Positions 1-10,308 of a DNA stretch of 43,472 bases are shown piece after piece. Numbering within the stretch: position 1 is the stretch's first letter; every line of letters starts with the position of its first letter. Source of the stretch: an archaeon. Lineage in GTDB: Archaea > Iainarchaeota > Iainarchaeia > Iainarchaeales > 1-14-0-10-31-34. A model generated the notes under the pieces. That model worked only from the letters and a program-made list of their open reading frames with translations. It ran no database searches and was not told where the DNA came from. The DNA lies in assembly GCA_043815885.1 (NCBI GenBank), contig JBDRIL010000043.1:1-43472 (forward strand), read 5' to 3'. Both the position numbers and the translations under genes were made by a program.

Positions 1-549
1 GGATTCCTGATATCAAGAATTGACAAAAGGAATATTGTTTTTGGTTTGGATTTATCAAAAAAAAGGGTAAAAAGAGCAAAGAATAAAATTAAAGACGCAA
101 TTCTTATTCAGGGCAGTGTACTGCAACTTCCATTTAAAGAAAATTCTTTTGATGCAGTAATTTGTTCGGAGTTATTGGAACACGTAAAGGAATATAAAAA
201 AGCATTGAATGAGCTGATTAGGATAAGTGACAAAGTAATTGTATTAACTGTCCCTAACGACCAAGAACCGAGAAAGATTGTTTGCCCGAAGTGCGGTTTC
301 GAGCACTTTCTGGACGGGCATGTAAATAGTTTTAATGAGGAATCTATCTCAAAAATAATTGAATCAAACAAAAAAATCAAGTTATTGAAGATAAAGAAGT
401 TTCATACAATTTTTACCTACAATAAATTAACTCTCCACTTTCCAAAAGAAATCAGGATGTTCTTGGACTGGATTGCAACAAAATTCGAGAGGCCTTTTAC
501 CTTCCTCAAACCAAACTATTTATTGGTTTTAGCAACAAAAAAAACATGA
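1..549 (+). CDS. Class I SAM-dependent methyltransferase, 5'-truncated by the window edge
   Basis: Frame is open from base 1 (GFLISRIDKRNIVFGLDLSKKRV...). Methyltransf_11-like motifs: GLDLS, GSVLQLPFKENSFDAVICSELLEHV, VLTVPN. Also carries a CPKCG insert. Confidence 0.85.
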   Translation, partial: GFLISRIDKRNIVFGLDLSKKRVKRAKNKIKDAILIQGSVLQLPFKENSFDAVICSELLEHVKEYKKALNELIRISDKVIVLTVPNDQEPRKIVCPKCGFEHFLDGHVNSFNEESISKIIESNKKIKLLKIKKFHTIFTYNKLTLHFPKEIRMFLDWIATKFERPFTFLKPNYLLVLATKKT

Positions 550-564
550 TTTAGAGGTTTTATT

Positions 565-2019
565 TTGGAGGAAAAAGAATCCCTGAAAAAGAGAGCAGTA
601 AAAGGCATTAAGTGGATAGTGATAAGCAGTGCAATTATTCAGTCATTCCAGTTCATCATTAAAATAATTCTTGCAAGGATTCTGTTGCCAGAAGAATTTG
701 GTTTGGTTGCAATAAGTCTTCTGGTTATCTCGTTTTTTACTTATTTTAATGAGTTCGGGATTGGATCTGCTTTAATCCACAGGAAAAAAAATATAAAAGA
801 AGCATCTTCAACTGGTTTCTTCATTGTCATATTAATTGGGGTCTTTTTTACTGCCTTTGTTTTCTTTATTTCCCCTCTTGTAGCATTGTTCTTCAATAAT
901 TTCGCTGTTGAAGGAATCATGAAGTTTCTGGCATTAGTTTTTCTTGTTTCCTCTTTTGGAATCATTCCATTGAATCTTTTGAACAAAGAACTTGAGTTTA
1001 AGAAATTAATTCTGCCAGAGGTTGGCTCAGTAATTGCGTATGCATTGATTACAATTCCATTGGCTTTAATTGGTTTCAGTTATTGGAGCCTGGTTTATGG
1101 TTATTTTTTCTCAATCCTTGTCTCGACTGTCCTGGCTTGGATTGCCTGTTCCTGGAGGCCTTCATTTAAATTTGATAAAAAAATTGCTTTAGAATTAATT
1201 AATTATGGAAAATTCATTTTGGGGGGAGTGCTTGTTGCTTTTTTACTGCTTCAGGGAGTCGATTTTTTCATTGGAAGAATTCTTGGCGCTACTGCTCTGG
1301 GATTATATGGATTGGCTTTTGCTCTTTCAAACCTTCCAGCCACAAATATAACCCACGTTGTAGCCAAGATTTCATTTCCTCTCTACTCCAAATTACAGGA
1401 TAAAAAATCCAAGCTTAAAAATGCTTACACGAAAATAACTTATTTTGCAATGCTTATTGTTTTTCCTGTTTCCCTTACTTTAATGATTTTAGCTAAACCT
1501 ATCACAATAATTATTTTTACTGATAAGTGGGCTGGAATGATTCCAATAATCCAGGTTCTCTCAATTTTTGCCATATTTAGGTCACTGCACATAATTGCCT
1601 CATACCTATTCCAAGGAATTGGAAAACCAGAAATCAATCAAAATCTGCTAATTGCAGAGGTAATTTCACTTGGAATAATAATCTATCCAATGATAACCCT
1701 GTTTGGAGTAATAGGGGGGGCAATTGCTTTAACCGTGGTAATGGCTGTTGGAGGGAGTTGGGCTTTCTTTAAATGCACATCATTGGTTAAAGAATCAAAA
1801 TTAAAGCTATTGAAGACACTGGGCATTCCTTTTATTTTTTCTCTTGCAATTGGGGCATTAATCTTTATTACAGAAAACTATTTTGCTCCAAATTCAATCA
1901 TTTCACTTCTTTCAATAATGCTGGCTGGATTCATTGCTTACGCGTTATTGATTTTTTTATTTAGAAGGGAAACAATCCTTGAAATAATGGATTTATGCAA
2001 ACTCATGCTGAAGAGATAA
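565..2019 (+). CDS. Wzx/MOP-family polysaccharide flippase (WzxC-like)
   Basis: 484 aa polytopic protein with ILARILLPEEFGLVA, LINYGKF and IGRILGATALGLYGLAF motifs. TTG start with GAGG upstream. Confidence 0.9.
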   Translation: MEEKESLKKRAVKGIKWIVISSAIIQSFQFIIKIILARILLPEEFGLVAISLLVISFFTYFNEFGIGSALIHRKKNIKEASSTGFFIVILIGVFFTAFVFFISPLVALFFNNFAVEGIMKFLALVFLVSSFGIIPLNLLNKELEFKKLILPEVGSVIAYALITIPLALIGFSYWSLVYGYFFSILVSTVLAWIACSWRPSFKFDKKIALELINYGKFILGGVLVAFLLLQGVDFFIGRILGATALGLYGLAFALSNLPATNITHVVAKISFPLYSKLQDKKSKLKNAYTKITYFAMLIVFPVSLTLMILAKPITIIIFTDKWAGMIPIIQVLSIFAIFRSLHIIASYLFQGIGKPEINQNLLIAEVISLGIIIYPMITLFGVIGGAIALTVVMAVGGSWAFFKCTSLVKESKLKLLKTLGIPFIFSLAIGALIFITENYFAPNSIISLLSIMLAGFIAYALLIFLFRRETILEIMDLCKLMLKR

Positions 2020-2100
2020 AATTGATTCAACAGGAATTCTTTTTTAGCTTTTTGCATATAACTACATTATGTTGGATTGCCCTTTTTGGAAGGGAGAAAT

Positions 2101-2637
2101 ATGGATTTGTTTTCGAAAATCAAGTCTGGCAAAATAGCAGTTATCCTGCATGCAAAATATTTCCATTTTGTGAACTGGTTATTCTCTAATCTCGTTAAGC
2201 ACGCGCCAACAAATAAGCTCAGGGTAGCCATCCTTAAAATTTCAAAGGCAGAAGTTGGCAAAGGCCTTCAGATACACAAAGGAAATGAAATCAATGATTT
2301 TACAAAATTAAAGATTGGTTCAAATGTCATAATCGGCCCAAAAAACTGTTTCTTTTCCAGGGGGGGCATTGAGATTGGTGATAATGTCCTTATAAGTGGG
2401 CATAGTAAATTTATAAGCCAGAGCCACAACACCAAAGGAAAAGAATTTGAATGCATGTATAAACCCATAAAGATAAAGGAAGGGGCATGGATAGCGATAC
2501 AAGTAGTTATCAATTATGGTGTAACAGTAGGCAGGAATGCAGTTATTGGTTCAGGTGCTGTTGTTAGGGAAGATGCCCCGGATAAGGCAGTTGTGATTGG
2601 GAACCCTGCAAGGGTTATCACTACAAGAGACAAATAA
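2101..2637 (+). CDS. Hexapeptide-repeat (left-handed beta-helix) sugar O-acetyltransferase
   Basis: LKIGSNVIIG, IEIGDNVLIS, IKIKEGAWI, VTVGRNAVIGSGAVV and IGNPARVI. ATG 2101 follows a GGGAG SD; the track start at 2077 is less likely. Confidence 0.9.
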   Translation: MDLFSKIKSGKIAVILHAKYFHFVNWLFSNLVKHAPTNKLRVAILKISKAEVGKGLQIHKGNEINDFTKLKIGSNVIIGPKNCFFSRGGIEIGDNVLISGHSKFISQSHNTKGKEFECMYKPIKIKEGAWIAIQVVINYGVTVGRNAVIGSGAVVREDAPDKAVVIGNPARVITTRDK

Positions 2638-2653
2638 AAATTAGCCAAACTGA

Positions 2654-3880
2654 TTATTTTAAAAGAATCAATTCAATTAATAGTGTTAAAAACAATAAAG
2701 CTATCGTCCAAAGCAATACATGTATAACTGTAAAAAGAGTGGAGTGGAAAAGAATTAATAAAATTATTTCCATTACAGCAAAAAAGATCATTGGAAAAAT
2801 TATTCTCTTGTTTTGAATTGCCAGATTGTAATATGTAATCAGGTTACAAAAGGAAAAAAAGAACATTGTTAGGCCAAAAAGCGGAAGCAGTTGAATTGCA
2901 ACAGGGTATTTTGGCCCAAGCAATAAATTAATTATGAAAGAAGGAAAAAACCAATAAGCGATGAATACAAGAAAAGAAAAAATGAAAACATATAAAAGGG
3001 ATTTTTTCAATAACCCCAAAGAACTCTTTTTAGCTGCATTCAGTTGGCTTGCCTTTGGAAACAAAACCATTGCAATCGCAGTTGAACCAAAAAACATTAC
3101 CTTCCCAAGGACAGAGGCAACAGCATAATTTCCTGCTTCATATGGGGAAAAGAAGTGTTTCACCAAAATTAAATCAATATTGAAGAAAATCATTAAACAA
3201 AAGAGAATTATTAAAGCAGGAAAAGAGTAAAGGTATATTTCCTTTGCAAAGACGCTTGTTTTAATTCTTTTCAGGTAATTTCTTAAGCCGTACAAGAGAA
3301 TAGCGGCTCCGGCAAGTGCTGCAAGGACAAAGGCAAACAATGCTCCAGCAACACCAAACCCGAGTAAAACTAGTATGGCAGCAAAAACTAGTTTTGAGGA
3401 AGAAAAAGTTAATGCATTCAAGTTATAGTAATTGAATTTCTGGAGTCCCTGAATTGCGCCAACAGCAATTGGAAGCAAGAAAGAATAGAAGACTATTACG
3501 GAAAGGATTAGGAATGGGATAGGAGAAGAAATGTGAAGGAAGTTTGATATAATGGGAGTGAAAATTACGAGTAGAAAAGCAAGTATTAAGGCAATTAAAA
3601 ACAGTTTTTTGAATGATTTGGAGAGAAGAGAAGAAATTTTTTCGTTTTCTTCTTTTGCCTTGAATTGGGATACGAATTTCGCGATAGTTGTTTGGATTGC
3701 AGCAGAGGGAACGGAAAGAATATAAAACAATGAAATTATTGTGGCAAGAACAGCGTACTCTTCAACCGAAAGCATTCTCCCCATTACTATGTGATAAATG
3801 TATGCAAGGCTTCCCGAAACAAGCTCTGTAAGCAAAACAAAAAAACTTTGTTTGCCTATCCCTCTGTCTTTATCATCCAC
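2654..3880 (-). CDS. Second Wzx/RfbX-family oligosaccharide flippase
   Basis: 408 aa polytopic protein with GRMLSVEEYAVL, GAIQGLQKF, DLILVKHFFSPYEAGNYAVASVLGK and VLFPK motifs. Confidence 0.88.
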   Translation of the reverse strand: MDDKDRGIGKQSFFVLLTELVSGSLAYIYHIVMGRMLSVEEYAVLATIISLFYILSVPSAAIQTTIAKFVSQFKAKEENEKISSLLSKSFKKLFLIALILAFLLVIFTPIISNFLHISSPIPFLILSVIVFYSFLLPIAVGAIQGLQKFNYYNLNALTFSSSKLVFAAILVLLGFGVAGALFAFVLAALAGAAILLYGLRNYLKRIKTSVFAKEIYLYSFPALIILFCLMIFFNIDLILVKHFFSPYEAGNYAVASVLGKVMFFGSTAIAMVLFPKASQLNAAKKSSLGLLKKSLLYVFIFSFLVFIAYWFFPSFIINLLLGPKYPVAIQLLPLFGLTMFFFSFCNLITYYNLAIQNKRIIFPMIFFAVMEIILLILFHSTLFTVIHVLLWTIALLFLTLLIELILLK

Positions 3881-4046
3881 ATCAATGCCCTCAATTGTTT
3901 AGACCGCTAAGATACATTATAATGAAGAATTATTAATTAAATTAGATGTTATCAGTTTAGGCGGTTATTCAAATTAATAGACATTCCCAAATTTATTCTT
4001 TATGTGCAATAAATTATTTTTAATGAATACTGGCATATTTATACAA

Positions 4047-5324
4047 ATGATTGAAAGAATATTCAAATTTTTTTCCAATGAAAAAAACCTGCTTTTATTC
4101 ATTGTCTTAATCTATTTTTTAGCGTCATTTTTCCAATATTCCTTCGATTCCAACTTTAAGATTACTGGTTTCTATTTTGGCTTGCCTCATATATACACTG
4201 GAGACGAACCTGAATACTTGTTGACTCTCAACAGCCTTCTAGCTGACGGGGATTTCAAGCTATGCAATAATTATGGGCAGGCAATGCAGGGAGGCTGTCA
4301 GGCAGGAATAACCTTTGCAGGAATAAAAGAAATAGCCGGAAGAACAGAAATGATTCCATGTTTCGAGCAAGGAGAAAGGCTTCCCTCCCGTTCAATCCTT
4401 AATGCATTAATTGCAGCCACTTTTATCTGGCCGTTTGCAAAAGATTCCTGCCTGCTTGAATCAATGGCAATATTTATGACACTAATTGTTTCACTTCTTG
4501 TCATATTCCTTTCATTAAAGATAATGCAATATTTTGATTTCTCTAAAAAGACAATTGCAATCAGTATTTTGGCACTTGCCTTTGCTAGCCCTTTCTGGTT
4601 CTACTCTAAAACTTTTTGGAGCGAGCCGTATGTATCCCTGTTTCTTGTTGCTTCAGTATATTGCTTTCTGAAAAAAAGATTTTTTGCTTCCGGGCTGTTC
4701 TTAGCATTAAACCTCTTAATAAAACCAGTTAACTTAATATTCGTAGTCGTATTTTTTATCTTCGGTTTTTTAAAGAGAGACAGAAAACAGATCATAAATC
4801 TTTTTATTGGTTTTCTGCTTGCCTTGCCTTTTTATTTTTTGATTAATTATTTTGTATTTGGAGACCCTTTATTTATTTCAAAAGCCAATGAGGCTTTTGG
4901 AGGGGATGTTTTTTCTGGGCTTATTGCGGCATTTTTTGCAGTTAAGTTTGGTTTTCTTCTGACTTTTCCTTTATTCCTATTTGTTATTATTGGCTTTTAC
5001 TTTTTTTTCAGAAAAAGGCCTTTTGAATCCCTTTTATTTTTTTCACTCTTGTTTGGCTACATGCTTTTTTGGGGGCAGGTTTGGTTTGTTGTTTTAGGGA
5101 CTGGAGGATACTCCTTCCGGTATTTTGCTCCGTTGATTCCTTTAATGATTATTCCAATCGGCTTTTTCCTTCAGGAAAATAAATGCAAGAAACTGTCTTT
5201 GCTTTTTTGGGCAATCCTTTTTATTTCTTTTTTGATAAATTTACAGGCAGCACTTACTCCACTGCTAATAGATAATCCTCCTTGGTTTTTGATTGAGTAC
5301 TTGTTTAAAACTATCAGTATATAA
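4047..5324 (+). CDS. GT-C fold membrane glycosyltransferase (PMT/ArnT-like)
   Basis: N-terminal TM, then a loop with GDEPEY acidic motif; FYSKTFWSEP, LLIKP and RYFAPLIP motifs; many TM segments. Start 4047 chosen because a TTTTTAAT box lies at 4017-4024 (track start 4002). Confidence 0.75.
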   Translation: MIERIFKFFSNEKNLLLFIVLIYFLASFFQYSFDSNFKITGFYFGLPHIYTGDEPEYLLTLNSLLADGDFKLCNNYGQAMQGGCQAGITFAGIKEIAGRTEMIPCFEQGERLPSRSILNALIAATFIWPFAKDSCLLESMAIFMTLIVSLLVIFLSLKIMQYFDFSKKTIAISILALAFASPFWFYSKTFWSEPYVSLFLVASVYCFLKKRFFASGLFLALNLLIKPVNLIFVVVFFIFGFLKRDRKQIINLFIGFLLALPFYFLINYFVFGDPLFISKANEAFGGDVFSGLIAAFFAVKFGFLLTFPLFLFVIIGFYFFFRKRPFESLLFFSLLFGYMLFWGQVWFVVLGTGGYSFRYFAPLIPLMIIPIGFFLQENKCKKLSLLFWAILFISFLINLQAALTPLLIDNPPWFLIEYLFKTISI

Positions 5325-6732
5325 CGAACCGCGGAAACATTTTTCTGTAATTAATTTCCTTTATTTGTTTCTTGCTCGCAACCAATTCGCTTATATCCAA
5401 ACCCATCTTTATTACTTCGTCAACATTTGCATAACAGAACAAGCCAAGCCTTCCAAAGCTGACCAGGTTATTGGTTTGTGTCAGGGAATTCAGTATTTTT
5501 GTTAGTCTTTTTTCATAATTTAATGAATAAATGGGATAGGCATGCGGGATTCTTTTAACAAAATAAAATTCAACATTCTTTCTATGCAAAAAATCATGTT
5601 CTTCAAATGCCTTCAAGCATTCTTCAAAGAGTTCTTTGTCTTTTTTGTTCCAGATGGCATCGTTTTCATTGCATGTAAACTCCACTACTAAACCATTTTT
5701 GCCTTTTGGAACAGCCTCCCTGCTGAACATCCCCAGTTCATAAGCCCTATTGAATGGAATCTTTGTCCCGGAAAAGTAAACCCACGGAGAACCAAAAACC
5801 ATTGGTTTTTTTATTCCTAAAAATAAAAGGGTTTCAGCTCTATATTCCAGGTTGCTTGCAGTGGAAACAACTTCTTCGGGAAGTTTTCCTTTAAGCAGGA
5901 AAACTAATTCATTCAAGGGAATTGTTGAAAGAACGAAATCGCATTCTTTGATTAGTGTTTGGTTTCCGCTCTTGAATTTGACTCTGTTTATTCTTTTCCC
6001 TTTAAAATCAAAGGAAATACTGCTGGAATTAAAAAATACGCTTCCATTGTTTTTTATTAAATCAGAATAAAATTTATCGCACACCTGCCCTATCCCTTTT
6101 CTTGGATAATAGTTTTCCATCATTGAAGGGTCTTCTGAGTGAAATCTTTTTTTCCCGGTAAGAGTTGAAATAATCAGTTCAAACAAACTCAGTACCGGAA
6201 TTCTTTTTTCAGCGAAATCCTTGGAAAGGTATTTTGGGTCAATACCCCACACCTTTGAGGCATAAGGCTTGAAGTAGATATCATAAAGCAGTTTTCCAAA
6301 CCTTCTGGTTACCCATTCCTCAAATGAATTGCCTTTCTTATTTTTACTCAGTCTTAATCTTGCTCTTGTAATTAAGAAATCTATTGCGCACAAGAAACTC
6401 AGCAAGGGATTGATGTTTCTGAAGACATCCATTCCCTTTAAAGGATACTTAACCCAGCGGTTCCTGTAAAAAATCTTTGAACTAATCCCCACTCTCTGGA
6501 AGTCATCCTTTAGTAATTCTTTCAGTAATTGTTCAACATCCTTGTGTACTGTGTGAATGTTATGCGGACCCAAATCAAATAAAAAGCCGTTCTTTTTAAT
6601 GGTTCTGGCGTTCCCTCCAATAAAGGAACTTTTTTCAAGTACTGTTACTTCGTGACCTTTTTTGGACAGATTCCATGCAGCACTCAATCCAGCAGGGCCT
6701 GCGCCAATTATAATGTACTTTATTTTAATCAC
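5314..6732 (-). CDS. FAD-dependent oxidoreductase (protoporphyrinogen-oxidase-like / UDP-galactopyranose-mutase-like family of glycan clusters)
   Basis: N-terminal IIGAGPAGLSAA...VLEK...IGG Rossmann motif; FDLGPH, FEEWVTRRFG, HAYPIY and GRLGLF. Confidence 0.85.
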   Translation of the reverse strand: MIKIKYIIIGAGPAGLSAAWNLSKKGHEVTVLEKSSFIGGNARTIKKNGFLFDLGPHNIHTVHKDVEQLLKELLKDDFQRVGISSKIFYRNRWVKYPLKGMDVFRNINPLLSFLCAIDFLITRARLRLSKNKKGNSFEEWVTRRFGKLLYDIYFKPYASKVWGIDPKYLSKDFAEKRIPVLSLFELIISTLTGKKRFHSEDPSMMENYYPRKGIGQVCDKFYSDLIKNNGSVFFNSSSISFDFKGKRINRVKFKSGNQTLIKECDFVLSTIPLNELVFLLKGKLPEEVVSTASNLEYRAETLLFLGIKKPMVFGSPWVYFSGTKIPFNRAYELGMFSREAVPKGKNGLVVEFTCNENDAIWNKKDKELFEECLKAFEEHDFLHRKNVEFYFVKRIPHAYPIYSLNYEKRLTKILNSLTQTNNLVSFGRLGLFCYANVDEVIKMGLDISELVASKKQIKEINYRKMFPRFVIY

Positions 6733-6737
6733 TCTTT

Positions 6738-7535
6738 TTATTTAGAAGAAGCTGGATTAATCTTTTTAAGGATAAGCATTTGAACGTAACTGTAATTTCC
6801 ATAAGGAGGCAAGTACTTAAAGAATTCAATGAATTTATTGTTATAGACTAATTCCTTTTTTCCTTCTATTAATGCTGCATACAGTGCCCTGCTTCCAAAG
6901 TAATAAGAACTAAGGAAATTTTCTAGGTTTTGGTTTTTATTGTTTCGTTCAAATTTGTTTTCAATGAATTCCAAGAATTTTTCTTTATCAAGGTAGTTGT
7001 TGTGAAAGGGTTGTTCAATTGGTTTTAAGCCCACTGCTTCCCTTGCATCATTGAGATTCTTTAATCCATCCGTGAAGGCTTCAATCATCAAAAAAACTCC
7101 TTCCTTTTTTAATACCCTGTGAATCTCGTTTAAGGCTTTCTTTTGGTTTTCCCAGGTTTTAAGATTAATAATGCATCTCTCTGTAAACACTATGTTAAAG
7201 GATTCATCTTCAAATTCTAAATTCTGTGCATCCCCGAGCTTAAATTGCGCTTTTTCCAGATTCCTTTTATTTGCAACCTCTAAAAGTTCTTTGGAAAAAT
7301 CAATGCAGGTTAGCTCCAAATCCAATTCTTTAACAATCCTTTCAGCAGTATAGCCATTCCCGCACCCGATCTCCAGGATTTTTGGCTTTCCTTTAAATTG
7401 TTTTTTAAGTATTCCAATTTGTTCAATGAGTTTTTCGACTTCTTTTTCTCTCACGAATTCATCCTTCATTGTGGATTGTTTTGACGCACCGAATTCTCCT
7501 GCAATTCTTGCATAGTGTTCTTTTATTTTATTCAT
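6738..7535 (-). CDS. Class I SAM-dependent methyltransferase
   Basis: ILEIGCGNG motif I, CIDFSKELL, GDAQNLEFEDESFNIV and EIHRVLKKEG. Confidence 0.9.
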   Translation of the reverse strand: MNKIKEHYARIAGEFGASKQSTMKDEFVREKEVEKLIEQIGILKKQFKGKPKILEIGCGNGYTAERIVKELDLELTCIDFSKELLEVANKRNLEKAQFKLGDAQNLEFEDESFNIVFTERCIINLKTWENQKKALNEIHRVLKKEGVFLMIEAFTDGLKNLNDAREAVGLKPIEQPFHNNYLDKEKFLEFIENKFERNNKNQNLENFLSSYYFGSRALYAALIEGKKELVYNNKFIEFFKYLPPYGNYSYVQMLILKKINPASSK

Positions 7536-8722
7536 TTTAGAAAACCTTGCACTGTTTTCTTTATTTTTTCTGCATTCAAGTGAATGGATTCAATTACTTC
7601 ACAGATTTTTTTTATCTCTTCTTCCTTTAAATCCGCATACATTGGAAGTGAAAGAATTCCTGCAGAGACAGATTCGGTGTTCGGAAGTTTTTCTGGAAGA
7701 GCTGATTCAAGGCTTCTGTAGGAAGGGAATCTGTTGCAGGGGGGATAGAAGTATTTTCTTGCAAAGATGTTGTCAGATTTTAGCGCAGTATGTAATTGGT
7801 TTCTGTTGAGACCGAATTCCTTTTCCAATACCTCTACCGTGAAATACTTGTAATTTATTTTTCCATCTGGATTGATTTTCTGGAATTTCAGGCCGGGAAT
7901 TTTTTCCAGGTTTGTTTTGTAAATCTGGTTTAATCTCCCTAGTTTTTCAATATCTTTTTCTATCTGTTCAAGGGCTTTCAAGCCTAATGCAGCAGAGAAT
8001 TCATTCATTTTTGCATTAGTTCCCCATGAAACCACTTCTTCTTCGCCTGCAATGCCAAAGTTCCTCATTAAAGAAATCTTTTCTGATAATTCTTTATTGT
8101 TTGTTGTGACTGCCCCTCCTTCCCCTGTAGTGAAAACCTTGGTTGCATGGAAACTGAATGCTTCTCCCTCCCCAAAAGAACCAATCTTTTTATCCAGGTA
8201 AGTTGAACCAAAAGCATGTGCGGAATCAAACAATAATTTCAGGTTATTGCTTTCAGCGATATCAGTAAGTTTCTTTATTTCAACTGGATTTCCAAAGATA
8301 TTTACTGCAAGGATTGCAGTAGTTTTATCGGTGATTAACTTTTCTAACTTACTTTCATCTAGATTATATGTTTCAGGATTGATGTCGCAGAAGACTGGTT
8401 TAAGGTTGTTTGCCTGAATTGCGTGAATCGTGGCAGAAAATGTAAAGGGAGTTGAAATAACTTCTCCATTTAAATCAAGGGATTTAATCAGCAACTCCAA
8501 GGCTTTTGTTCCATTGGAAACCAATGCACAGTGTTCTGCTCCAATGTAACCAGCAATTCTTTTTTCCAGTTCTTGAACGAATTTGCCGTGGTTTGTCAGC
8601 CACTTTGATTCAAAGATTTCTTTGAATAAAGGATGAACTTCTTCAAATTCAGGAATGCTTGGCTTGGCTACAAGGATTTTTTCTGAGAAAGCAGAGGTTC
8701 CTCCTAAAATTGCTGGTTTCAA
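7532..8722 (-). CDS. DegT/DnrJ/EryC1/StrS PLP-dependent NDP-sugar aminotransferase (VioA-like)
   Basis: VSNGTKAL, TPFTFSAT, FDSAHAFG, FSFHATKVFTTGEGGA (PLP lysine), NAKMNEFSAALGL and LSLPMY. TTG start; stop overlaps the next ATG (ATGA). Confidence 0.93.
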   Translation of the reverse strand: MKPAILGGTSAFSEKILVAKPSIPEFEEVHPLFKEIFESKWLTNHGKFVQELEKRIAGYIGAEHCALVSNGTKALELLIKSLDLNGEVISTPFTFSATIHAIQANNLKPVFCDINPETYNLDESKLEKLITDKTTAILAVNIFGNPVEIKKLTDIAESNNLKLLFDSAHAFGSTYLDKKIGSFGEGEAFSFHATKVFTTGEGGAVTTNNKELSEKISLMRNFGIAGEEEVVSWGTNAKMNEFSAALGLKALEQIEKDIEKLGRLNQIYKTNLEKIPGLKFQKINPDGKINYKYFTVEVLEKEFGLNRNQLHTALKSDNIFARKYFYPPCNRFPSYRSLESALPEKLPNTESVSAGILSLPMYADLKEEEIKKICEVIESIHLNAEKIKKTVQGFLK

Positions 8723-8844
8723 ATTCCCACCTACAAAAAAATACCATAAAATTATTATAAAGCCATTGCAATTGTTTTAACCCAATTATTTAAATTACCT
8801 TTCAAATAACCATTTATTGATTAATTTTTTTGAATTGATTCAAA

Positions 8845-9234
8845 ATGAAGAAGGAGGGCTTTACATTGTTTTCATTGATTTTGGTTTTTTCATGCATAGT
8901 CGTTGCTGCTACAGGGCAAATGATTCTAAAGACAGGAATGAATGAAGTGGGAAAGATTACGGATTTAAGGGGGCTTCTTTCAATGGAAAACTTTGGAAGA
9001 ATGGCAACAAACAAGTTTGTGGTGTTTGGGGTAATGCTTTACGCGTTTTCTGCAGTACTCTGGCTGGGGGCATTGTCATCATTAGATGTAAGCTATGCAT
9101 ATCCATTCATCAGTCTCAGTTACGTTCTTGTGGCAATACTTGCATTCATTTTCCTGAAAGAAAACATTTCAATGGTTAGGTGGATGGGAATAATCGTAAT
9201 AATAATCGGGGTTTTCCTCATAAGCAGAACCTGA
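8845..9234 (+). CDS. EamA/SMR-type small membrane transporter (ArnE/ArnF-like)
   Basis: 129 aa, about 4 TMs; GQMILKTGM, LDVSYAYPFISLSYVLV and FLKENISMVRWMG. Confidence 0.85.
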   Translation: MKKEGFTLFSLILVFSCIVVAATGQMILKTGMNEVGKITDLRGLLSMENFGRMATNKFVVFGVMLYAFSAVLWLGALSSLDVSYAYPFISLSYVLVAILAFIFLKENISMVRWMGIIVIIIGVFLISRT

Positions 9235-9254
9235 AATTTCTAAAAGGGGATTAA

Positions 9255-9653
9255 ATGAAAGAAAAAATAATTAAATTTATTTCAATTAGTTTATTTATTC
9301 TGATTCTTTTTTTGTTAATTGGATGCGTTGAATTAACTGATTATTTTGATCCATGGAGACAGGCATTCCAGAAAGAGAGTGGACAGGAAGTGGAATTGGA
9401 GGGATACATTAATGGAATTGGGACATTTCCAAAAGAAATAATTGAGAAAGATGAACTTGTTGGTTATCTGTGGAAGAGCGAGGAAAGAATTGAAGGCATT
9501 CCATTAATCCTGAAAGAAGAAATTAATTGCGAAGGAAAGAAAGTGAAAGTAATAGGAGAAATAGAGAAAAGAACGTTTCGCCCATCAAGTACTACAATGG
9601 ATTACATGCAATGGGTAATGATTAAAGTGGGAAGCTATGAATGCACTGAATGA
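9255..9653 (+). CDS. Putative lipoprotein with a small beta-rich (possibly OB-fold-like) domain
   Basis: Signal peptide ending in lipobox LLIG-C; GQEVELEG and GKKVKVIGEI strands; GGGGA SD. Confidence 0.6.
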   Translation: MKEKIIKFISISLFILILFLLIGCVELTDYFDPWRQAFQKESGQEVELEGYINGIGTFPKEIIEKDELVGYLWKSEERIEGIPLILKEEINCEGKKVKVIGEIEKRTFRPSSTTMDYMQWVMIKVGSYECTE

Positions 9654-10211
9654 TTAGGATAAGTCCTTGAAAACGTCTTTTACTGCATTGGAAAATCTTT
9701 CATGCTTTTTCTCAAAGAAATAAATGAAGTCCTCTACAAACAGGACAAGAGAAATTACAATGAAATAAATCAAGGACATTAATCCGAAAGAAGTTATTAA
9801 GGGATAAATGTGAGAGAAGACTAAAGCAGTATTTGGAAAGAAAAAGGATTCTGAGGAGAGAGGGAATAAAAGGAAGACTGGATGGTCGAATGAATCAGCA
9901 AGCAAGTGACCGAAAAGCAATACGAAAAGAATTAATGAGAAGGACTGCCATTTAATGGAGGAAGTTCCTTTTTCCTTATAAAAAGAAATCAGGAACAAAA
10001 TCAAAGGGAAGAGAATTACAAAGAAGAGATTGTGGAATGGAGCAAAGTAAATGCTGTTAACTGGATTGTAAGAAAGAGCAATTAAATGGTCTAAATCGAT
10101 TAGAGAAGCTGCAACTGCAACCCCTATTACAAAAAATGCCTTGTGTTTTCTGTGCAGGCCTAAAGCAAATGCTACTACTACCGAGAAAATAAAATGAAAC
10201 AATGGATCCAT
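9654..10211 (-). CDS. Membrane-bound metal-dependent hydrolase (YdjM-like)
   Basis: MDPLFH...IDLDH...FHNLF...GHLLADSF pattern of His/Asp ligands among TM helices. Start trimmed to ATG 10211. Confidence 0.75.
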   Translation of the reverse strand: MDPLFHFIFSVVVAFALGLHRKHKAFFVIGVAVAASLIDLDHLIALSYNPVNSIYFAPFHNLFFVILFPLILFLISFYKEKGTSSIKWQSFSLILFVLLFGHLLADSFDHPVFLLFPLSSESFFFPNTALVFSHIYPLITSFGLMSLIYFIVISLVLFVEDFIYFFEKKHERFSNAVKDVFKDLS

Positions 10212-10258
10212 GGCTAGTTCAAAAAAGGAAAGCGAAACATTTAAAAAAAGAAACTCCA

Positions 10259-10266
10259 TTTATATA
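10259..10266 (+). promoter_or_regulatory. Archaeal TATA box (TTTATATA) for the 666-aa surface protein
   Basis: Consensus TTTATATA about 43 nt upstream of ATG 10309; GAGGGGA SD precedes the start. Confidence 0.55.
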
Positions 10267-10308
10267 TCAAAATCATACATAAGGAGATATATTTGGAAGA
10301 GGGATTGA

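Noticed and set aside
1714..2366. G7 runs in the flippase (1714-1720) and acetyltransferase (2360-2366) as phase-variation tracts
   Set aside because: Both genes are in frame, the runs are short, and Gly-Gly codons explain them.
5314..6732. Calling the FAD enzyme hemY or glf
   Set aside because: Only family-level motifs are visible. The context favours sugar modification, but the substrate cannot be assigned by eye.
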